This document shows positions 58,234 to 64,000 of a DNA stretch of 64,000 nucleotides, piece after piece. Made by a program: the position numbers and the translations under genes. The stretch's first letter is position 1. Every line of letters begins with the position of its first letter. The stretch comes from ANME-2 cluster archaeon (GTDB lineage: Archaea > Halobacteriota > Methanosarcinia > Methanosarcinales > Methanocomedenaceae): NCBI GenBank assembly GCA_023544605.1, contig JAMJFQ010000001.1:6410-70409 (forward strand), in the 5' to 3' direction. The notes under the pieces are model-generated. The model was not told the origin of the DNA, made no database searches, and saw nothing but the letters and a program-made list of their open reading frames with translations.

Positions 58234-59391
58234 CTATTCCACAAACGGATTATCGTATTCAAGTATGGCCTGTGCTACCTCTTCCCTCATCAGGTCGGGG
58301 GGTGGCACCTGTCCACTTAGTAGCAGGTCCCTCATTTTGGTGCCACTGAAATTAACGATTTCTTTTTCCGAATGCGGGCAAGTCTTATCACTGGCAATGC
58401 TGGTGCACTTCTTGCAGTAGAAGAATGAGCGGAAGAAGATGGGTTGGATATCCAGGTCATCGAACTCGTTAAATATCTCATGAGCTGCAAAAGGATGGTA
58501 GTAATCACCTACACCTGCATGGTCCCGGCCCACTATGAAATGGGTACATCCGTAGTTCTTGCGGACAATGGCATGGAAAATGGCCTCCCTGGGACCTGCA
58601 TAGCGCATCTCGGTCTGGAAGATGGACATGGCAGCCCTGTCATGAGGGAAGTAGTTGTCCAGCAAAGCTGCATAGGAATCCAGTATTACATCATCCCTGA
58701 AATCCCCGCTTTTCTTCTTTCCTATCACGGGATTAATGAACAACCCATCAGTGATAGTAAGTGCAGATTTCTGGACATATTCATGACCCAGGTGGGGGAC
58801 ATTGCGTGTCTGGAAGCCGGCTATAGTATTCCAACCCTTTTCCCTGAACAGGGCTCTTGTCTGGGCTGGTTTTAGGGCATAGTCTGAATAAGGGGTCTCT
58901 ATCTCATTTATCAGGTCGATTGTCCCTCCCAGCAGAAGTTCATTCATGTCATTGGTCAATGCTACACCAGGATGGGTGGCATCATTTGTACCAAAAACAT
59001 TTTGGGAATGGATCTCCGTGTCGAATCCATATATTTCCTCTATGTGCAGTATTGCTACAGCGACTCCATGGTGGTCCAGCACAACATCTTCCCCCGTAGA
59101 TATCCTGCCTGCGTCCTCCCCGGAGATGTCCAGCACGATGGGTATGGTCCATGGCAGACCGTTTGAAAGCCGTTTTAATTCCAGTACATTCAGATAATCG
59201 TCTTCTCCCATGAAACCTTCCAGAGGGCTGAACAGTCCGCTGGCTATATTCTCAAGTTCCTTAGCCCTGTCCAGACTGATACTGATGTTTGTCATTCCAG
59301 GGATCTGTTCCAGGACCTTTTGTTTTTCTTCCTGATCAAGGATTCTGTTGATTAGTTTTCCACCATGGGGTTTTATCTGATTAATATTCAT
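58234..59391 (-). CDS. sat: Sulfate adenylyltransferase (ATP sulfurylase)
   Basis: 385 aa: FQTRNVPHLGHEY (QxRNxxHxxH) and HFIVGRDHAGVG (GRDHAG). Confidence 0.9.
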   Translation of the reverse strand: MNINQIKPHGGKLINRILDQEEKQKVLEQIPGMTNISISLDRAKELENIASGLFSPLEGFMGEDDYLNVLELKRLSNGLPWTIPIVLDISGEDAGRISTGEDVVLDHHGVAVAILHIEEIYGFDTEIHSQNVFGTNDATHPGVALTNDMNELLLGGTIDLINEIETPYSDYALKPAQTRALFREKGWNTIAGFQTRNVPHLGHEYVQKSALTITDGLFINPVIGKKKSGDFRDDVILDSYAALLDNYFPHDRAAMSIFQTEMRYAGPREAIFHAIVRKNYGCTHFIVGRDHAGVGDYYHPFAAHEIFNEFDDLDIQPIFFRSFFYCKKCTSIASDKTCPHSEKEIVNFSGTKMRDLLLSGQVPPPDLMREEVAQAILEYDNPFVE

Positions 59392-59551
59392 CTGTAAGCT
59401 CCTTTTTGATTGTCTTTAATTAGGTATTATTATATGGTATCTGGTTTTAAGGCAAAATAGTGCACTCGATCAAATCCTGACAATATGGCATAACGTGGAG
59501 TAGTATACATAACGTTTTAAATAATCAATTTTATACATAAGTAAGATAAAT

Positions 59552-59574
59552 AATTCTATAAATTCTATAAATTC
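59552..59574 (+). promoter_or_regulatory. Tandem TATA-like 9-mers (AATTCTATA x2) upstream of ORF 59593
   Basis: AATTCTATAAATTCTATAAATTC read directly. The second TCTATAAA is centred about 26 nt upstream of the ATG at 59593, the spacing expected for a leaderless archaeal transcript. Confidence 0.35.
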
Positions 59575-59592
59575 AAATGTAAAGGTCAAGTA

Positions 59593-60057
59593 ATGGATAA
59601 AAAGATCGAACAGGCTGAAATCACATCTATGCTGCATAGTTGTTTCTTTGGGCTTGAAAAAGCTCACAATAAACTAACTGGAAGCGGTCATAAAGCAGTA
59701 GTACCTCAAGTTGCTCGGATGCTTCCACAAATATTAAATGTAAAAGGCGAGCTGAGGTTCGATAATGATAAAACCCTGGATGAAAATCTCCAGGATCTGC
59801 AGGATTATTTCAATAATCCTGAGTTCTTTGAAGAAGTATTGATCGAAAAGATTGACGATAACAGGTATTCTTTCGAGATCAAAGGCTGTTTCCTGGCAAA
59901 GACCGGAGTCCACAGTATTTTAAAACCGGACAGCAACACATGTATGTTAGTTTATATTATTGCATCAATGATAAACATCAAGACAGGCAAGTCATTACGT
60001 ATTTCCAATTCTGTGTTCTCTGAACTTGGCACTAAGACCTCTATTGAAATTGTATAA
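59593..60057 (+). CDS. Hypothetical protein embedded in the sulfate-assimilation cluster
   Basis: 154-aa ORF with no motif confidently assigned. Divergent from sat and convergent with cysH (9-nt gap). Confidence 0.5.
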   Translation: MDKKIEQAEITSMLHSCFFGLEKAHNKLTGSGHKAVVPQVARMLPQILNVKGELRFDNDKTLDENLQDLQDYFNNPEFFEEVLIEKIDDNRYSFEIKGCFLAKTGVHSILKPDSNTCMLVYIIASMINIKTGKSLRISNSVFSELGTKTSIEIV

Positions 60058-60066
60058 TATTTTAGC

Positions 60067-60795
60067 CTATTTTACATTACCTGCATGCAGTCCACATTCT
60101 TTCTTGGTTGCTTCTTCCCACCACCACCGGCCTTCCCGCTCATGCTGGTTGGGAAGCACTGGCCTGGTACAGGGTTCGCATCCGATACTGATAAATCCCT
60201 GTTCATGCAGTTCATTATACGGGACATCGTTGGCCCGGATATAGTCCCATACCTGTTCAGATTTCCAGTTGGCAATAGGGTTGAACTTGACGAGCTGATG
60301 GTCGGCGCTGCCGAATGTCGGGTCGTCCTGTATCACAGGTACGTGGGTCCTGGTATTCGGGCTCTGGTCTTTACGCTGTCCGGTTATCCAGGCATCGAGT
60401 TGTGAAAGTGCCCGTCTCAGGGGGTCCACTTTGCGGGCCTGGCAGCATTCCTGGTGGCCGTCACGGTAGAAGGAGAACAGTCCTTTTTCCTTGACCAGAT
60501 TTTCGGTTTTGTCCCTGTTGGCAAAGAATATCTCGATATCGATGCCATAATGTTCCCGCACGTTCTCGATGAACGTGTACGTTTTTGAGTGAAGTCGTCC
60601 TGTATCAAGGCTGAACACCCTCACATTGTCGCTGAGCTTTGCTGCCATGTCAACCAGTACCACATCCTCAGCACCGCTAAAAGAGATGGCTACACTAGTT
60701 CCATAGGTGTCCAGTGCTAATTTCAGGATATCCTGGGGTGAGCTGTGCTCATATTCGGTTGCAAGTCTTTCAATTTCTGATATTTCCATTATCAT
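60067..60795 (-). CDS. cysH: Adenylylsulfate (APS)/PAPS reductase, thioredoxin-dependent CysH family, Fe-S type
   Basis: 242 aa. C-terminal catalytic KECGLH, plus the Cys pair and CxxC (HQECCQARK ... SIGCEPCT) that mark [4Fe-4S]-containing APS reductases. Confidence 0.85.
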   Translation of the reverse strand: MIMEISEIERLATEYEHSSPQDILKLALDTYGTSVAISFSGAEDVVLVDMAAKLSDNVRVFSLDTGRLHSKTYTFIENVREHYGIDIEIFFANRDKTENLVKEKGLFSFYRDGHQECCQARKVDPLRRALSQLDAWITGQRKDQSPNTRTHVPVIQDDPTFGSADHQLVKFNPIANWKSEQVWDYIRANDVPYNELHEQGFISIGCEPCTRPVLPNQHEREGRWWWEEATKKECGLHAGNVK

Positions 60796-61038
60796 TTATT
60801 CACCTTTTTGAATGAGCATCCTGTAATGGGTGCCAAGTTTTTCCAGTTTGATTATGCGGTTTCCATCTTCCTTCACACTGCGAGAGACGTTCCTGACAGG
60901 TTCCCCTGCTTCAAGGGCGACTTCCAGTATCTCTCCAGGGAGCATGTCTTTCAGTTCGAACTTAGTCCTTACCATGTTCATGGGACAGACCTCACCGCAG
61001 GTATCTATTGACCTTGAAGGTGCCATATCTTTATTCAT
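60796..61038 (-). CDS. tusA: TusA/SirA-like sulfur-carrier protein
   Basis: 80 aa: DTCGEVCPMNMVRTKFELKDM (conserved Cys-Pro context). Its start overlaps the sir stop (ATGA) and its stop abuts the cysH start. Confidence 0.8.
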   Translation of the reverse strand: MNKDMAPSRSIDTCGEVCPMNMVRTKFELKDMLPGEILEVALEAGEPVRNVSRSVKEDGNRIIKLEKLGTHYRMLIQKGE

Positions 61039-61898
61039 AACACAGCCTTCCTGAATGTCTCAAGGCCTATACGATTGACTGTATCGCCAATGCGTTCGCT
61101 TTTTGTGGCATTCTCTTTAAAGAACTGGATAGTCTTATCAAGTATCTCAAAGAGCTGTGACTCGTCTACTAATTCGACGAACTTAACAGCCAGCTGTGGG
61201 AACCTCCCTACTTTTCCACCTATGAGGAGGGTATAACCTGTCTTGTTGATCACCCAGGCGTCAGTGGGACAGGATGAGATACAATCGCCGCACAGGTCGC
61301 ATTTCTCACGGTCGAATGTGACAACACCGTCCTCGACAATGATAGCGTCCATACGGCAGATCTCCTGGCACAGACCGCAGCCGGTGCATTCTTCCTTGAG
61401 CCATTTTGGTTCAACGCCACCCATGATGCCGAAATCATTCTCCTGGGGTTTGGCACAGGAGGCGGAGCATCCGGCAATGCTGATCTTGAACTTATGCGGT
61501 ACCCCAGCGGCAAAATATTTTTCATCTATTTTCCGGGCCAGGTCCTGGGGGTTGACAAGACCGCGGGGACAGACAGTGTTGCCCTGGCAAGCAATAATTC
61601 CCCTGATGCGGGGTCCGCATGTACCTTTGCGCAGTCCTGCCTCTGCCATGTCTTCCCTGACAGATTCCACATCATCTAAGTGTATGAACGGTATCTCAAT
61701 ACCCTGACGTGTAGTCAGGTGTATGTGCCCGTCACCGAATTCTTCCGCTGCTTTGGCCAGGGCCCTGAGCTGGTCGGCTTCCACGTAGCCGCCCACGATC
61801 CTCAAGCGGAAGGCAAACTGGTTATGCTGGCGCTGGCGCATGAATCCGCCGGATTTTAACGATTCATAATCAACTTGATCTTGTGACATTATAATCAT
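61035..61898 (-). CDS. Small siroheme-type sulfite reductase-like protein with inserted 2x[4Fe-4S] ferredoxin domain
   Basis: 287 aa. Siroheme/Fe-S coupling motif CQGNTVC (CX5C) ... CSASC (CX3C). Ferredoxin motifs CTGCGLCQEIC and CDLCGDCISSCP. Confidence 0.8.
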   Translation of the reverse strand: MIIMSQDQVDYESLKSGGFMRQRQHNQFAFRLRIVGGYVEADQLRALAKAAEEFGDGHIHLTTRQGIEIPFIHLDDVESVREDMAEAGLRKGTCGPRIRGIIACQGNTVCPRGLVNPQDLARKIDEKYFAAGVPHKFKISIAGCSASCAKPQENDFGIMGGVEPKWLKEECTGCGLCQEICRMDAIIVEDGVVTFDREKCDLCGDCISSCPTDAWVINKTGYTLLIGGKVGRFPQLAVKFVELVDESQLFEILDKTIQFFKENATKSERIGDTVNRIGLETFRKAVL

Positions 61899-62008
61899 CC
61901 ATTAACATTTAGTATATTATTATATTTGCCTGATGTGGCAAAAGTTGCTGTTTTCCAACAATAGATTAAGTTTGTATAAAATTGTACCAGTACTAGGAGT
62001 CGAAAAAG

Positions 62009-62968
62009 TTGTTCAATGTGATACTGGCATATATAGCGGCCCTGTTCATGGGTGTCAATATAGGCGGGAACAATGCCGCAGCTTCGATGGGTGCGGCCTA
62101 CGGAGCTGGTGCCAGGACCAAACGCCAGGCAGTGATATTGATAGCTGTGTTCTCTTTGCTGGGTGCGGTACTTAGCGGTGGTGAGGTCATAAAGACGTTG
62201 GGACATGGTATTGTGCCAGGCCAAAGTATCACTGTTGCAGCTGCCATTATTGCAGTTTCGGCTGCGGGTATCAGTATGTTTGCAGCGAACATGGTGAAAA
62301 TTCCGGTCTCCACAAGCCAGGCCGCTGTGGGTGCTGTAGCTGGCGTGGGAGTCTATGTGGGTGTATTGAACACGGATGTACTGTTCGATATTGCGACCTG
62401 GTGGCTTGTCACACCAATAATAGCCTTTGTTCTTGCGTATATTACCGGTAAATATCTGCATCCTGTTATCCTGATGTGGCTTGTTGACCATGAGTCTGAG
62501 GAGTCGATAAGGAAGTTGATCAACATTCTGCTCACTATATCAGGCTGCTATGTGGCATATTCGGCAGGTGCGAACAATGCCGCAAATGCAGTAGGTCCCT
62601 TCGTGGGGGCAGGCATAATGACTCCTTTCACCGGGGCTGTGGTCGGCGGGCTGGCCATAGGTGCCGGTGCAATGGTTTTGGGTTCCAGGGTGCTTGAGAC
62701 TGTAGGAAAGGGTATCACAGAACTATGCGTAATACGGGCAGTATTTGTGGAGTTCTTGGCTGCAATAATCGTGCATTCTGCATCAGTAATGGGCATCCCG
62801 GTCTCACTGGGCGAGATAGTGACGGCTTCCATAATCGGGATAGGATGTGCCAATGAGGGACTCCTGGCAGCAAGGACTGTCACGGTACAGCGTATAATCA
62901 CCATGTGGTTTGTCTCGCCGCTGGTGGCTGGTATTATTACTTATGCAGCTTTGGTGGTAGTTGGGTAA
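62009..62968 (+). CDS. PiT-family (PHO4) inorganic anion transporter, candidate sulfate permease (CysP-like)
   Basis: 319 aa with a TTG start and about 10 hydrophobic segments. Two PiT signature repeats read GVNIGGNNAAASMG and SAGANNAANAVGP. Confidence 0.8.
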   Translation: MFNVILAYIAALFMGVNIGGNNAAASMGAAYGAGARTKRQAVILIAVFSLLGAVLSGGEVIKTLGHGIVPGQSITVAAAIIAVSAAGISMFAANMVKIPVSTSQAAVGAVAGVGVYVGVLNTDVLFDIATWWLVTPIIAFVLAYITGKYLHPVILMWLVDHESEESIRKLINILLTISGCYVAYSAGANNAANAVGPFVGAGIMTPFTGAVVGGLAIGAGAMVLGSRVLETVGKGITELCVIRAVFVEFLAAIIVHSASVMGIPVSLGEIVTASIIGIGCANEGLLAARTVTVQRIITMWFVSPLVAGIITYAALVVVG

Positions 62969-63144
62969 CTAGAGCTGCCTTAGCTTGAATATTATGGAGA
63001 AGAGCACCCGGGCATAGAGAGAATGGGACGGGTTGTTCACCTTTGGAAAACAAATTATGATTATATTCTGATGTTAGTGGTTTTGTGTCCCTGTCATTTA
63101 GATATGACGCAGTGGTTAAATTATAGCGCATATTCCGTGTACAA

Positions 63145-63782
63145 TCAAGGCCCACTTTTCTGAATTAAAAACCCATGATTAAATAAATCTTTTTCTAAGG
63201 CTTCATAATCTTCGAATTTCCTTGAAATAATACGCCAAAATTGTTCGTTATGTTTTCTCTCAATTAAGTGTACCATTTCGTGAAAAAGCACATATTCGAT
63301 CAATATTTTCGGCAAATATTTCAAGAGGATATTAATTTTCATAGATCGAGATTTTTATGTTCTGCGTCGTTTAGTGCGGATAAAATCAGAGACTTTTGTG
63401 TAAATATCCAAGCTTTATGTTTTTCTATTATAATGTCCGGATTCTTGTGATCTTTTGGTAATATAAGTAGTAATTTTCCCGTCTTGAATTCAACCCTTGC
63501 AATCTGTCTAATATGCTCTTCCCCAAGCACGTTTAATTTTCTAACTTCAGGGTGTTGCATAAACTTGCTGGATGGATTGATAAAAAGTATCTTATTTTTA
63601 TTTTCTGTAGATTTATTCTTGTTAAGAATGATAATAGCCCCTGGAGCTCCAGGATTATAGAATAATTTTTCAGGAAGAAGGATAACGCATTCAATTAAAT
63701 CACCTTCAAGCATCTTCGTCCTAATAGCCTTCTCCTTACCTCCCCTAAACAAACACGAAAAATCATTTATTTCTACTGACAC
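63145..63782 (-). pseudogene. Decayed type I restriction-modification remnant: HsdM C-terminal fragment joined to fragments of a DUF45/YgjP-like HExxH metallohydrolase
   Basis: ORF 63339-63782 carries the HsdM C-terminal pattern (IECVILLPEKLFYNPGAPGAIIILNKNK...ILFINPS...LGEEHIRQI), then a DUF45-like N-terminus. ORF 63145-63342 holds only the HExxH end (LFHEMVHLIERKHN). Both are far shorter than intact family members. Confidence 0.65.
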
Positions 63783-64000
63783 TGATTAATAAAGGCAAGA
63801 AGACCAGAGCTACTAAAAATACGGTTAAACCTGCTGCAGCAAAGCTTACATGGAAACCATATGAATCAGCGATCAATCCCCCTATAAAGGGACCTATTGC
63901 AAAACCAAATGAACCGAACAGGTTGAACCCACCCATTGCAGTCCCTCTCTTTTCAGGAACTGTAAAGTCACCTGCTAATGCTGCTGATGGGGGATACATA
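63763..64000 (-). CDS. MFS transporter, C-terminal part only (continues beyond the window end)
   Basis: ...PEKRGTAMGGFNLFGSFGFAIGPFIGGLIAD... followed by a final hydrophobic helix. The ORF is open at the window edge. Confidence 0.7.
   Translation of the reverse strand, partial: MYPPSAALAGDFTVPEKRGTAMGGFNLFGSFGFAIGPFIGGLIADSYGFHVSFAAAGLTVFLVALVFLPLLISVSRNK

Overview
Archaeal chromosomal segment. Gene content looks Methanosarcinales-like (possibly ANME-2/Methanoperedens-like): cofE for F420, a DhnA/ADH-synthase-type aldolase, RadB, Cbf5, aIF5A, ABCE1, e-type ribosomal proteins, a bacterial-type zinc-lid Adk and multiheme cytochromes. The lineage call is inference only.

Layout:
- 0-16.5 kb: housekeeping genes (pyrD partial, aldolase, CBS protein, ClC channel, HD+Nudix pair, Usp, ROK kinase, ATP-type PEPCK, ArsR, Roadblock, HerA-like ATPase, pgk, argB, ABCE1).
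- 16.6-19.0 kb: compact four-gene multiheme c-type cytochrome module (9 and 16 CxxCH motifs).
- 19.9-22.8 kb: 955-aa polytopic membrane protein fused to a spermidine-synthase-like domain.
- 23.0-40.4 kb: conserved archaeal ribosomal-protein superoperon. Order is SPOUT/DUF171, L3-L4-L23-L2-S19-L22-S3-L29-Rpp29-S17-L14-L24-S4e-L5-S14-S8-L6-L32e-L19e-L18-S5-L30-L15-SecY-Adk-DUF106-Cmk-Cbf5.
- 40.4-45.1 kb: tRNA-Ser(GGA), ferredoxin+methyltransferase, radical SAM, an unknown-RadB-unknown operon, CYTH.
- 45.1-54.4 kb: chemotaxis cluster (cheD-cheC-cheA-cheB-cheY-cheW-mcp, divergent cheR, plus a REC-CheC-DUF835 fusion).
- 54.5-58.1 kb: cofE, agmatinase, aIF5A, GNAT, DUF2156-like.
- 58.2-63.0 kb: assimilatory sulfate-reduction cluster (sat; sir-tusA-cysH; divergent PiT-family permease).
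- 63.1-64.0 kb: decayed type I R-M remnant and a partial MFS gene.

Most noteworthy:
- The membrane-anchored multiheme cytochrome module, including a NapC/NirT-like N-terminus on the 16-heme protein.
- Three tandem 61-bp units in the mcp/cheR divergent region whose two palindromes are kept by compensatory changes.
- A translationally coupled sir-tusA-cysH operon with an Fe-S-type APS reductase, beside a PiT permease whose two signature Asp residues are both Asn.
- A REC-less CheB and a REC-CheC-DUF835 fusion.

No CRISPR array, rRNA or intact mobile element was seen. All family assignments rest on motifs read by eye from the supplied translations. No database search was run.
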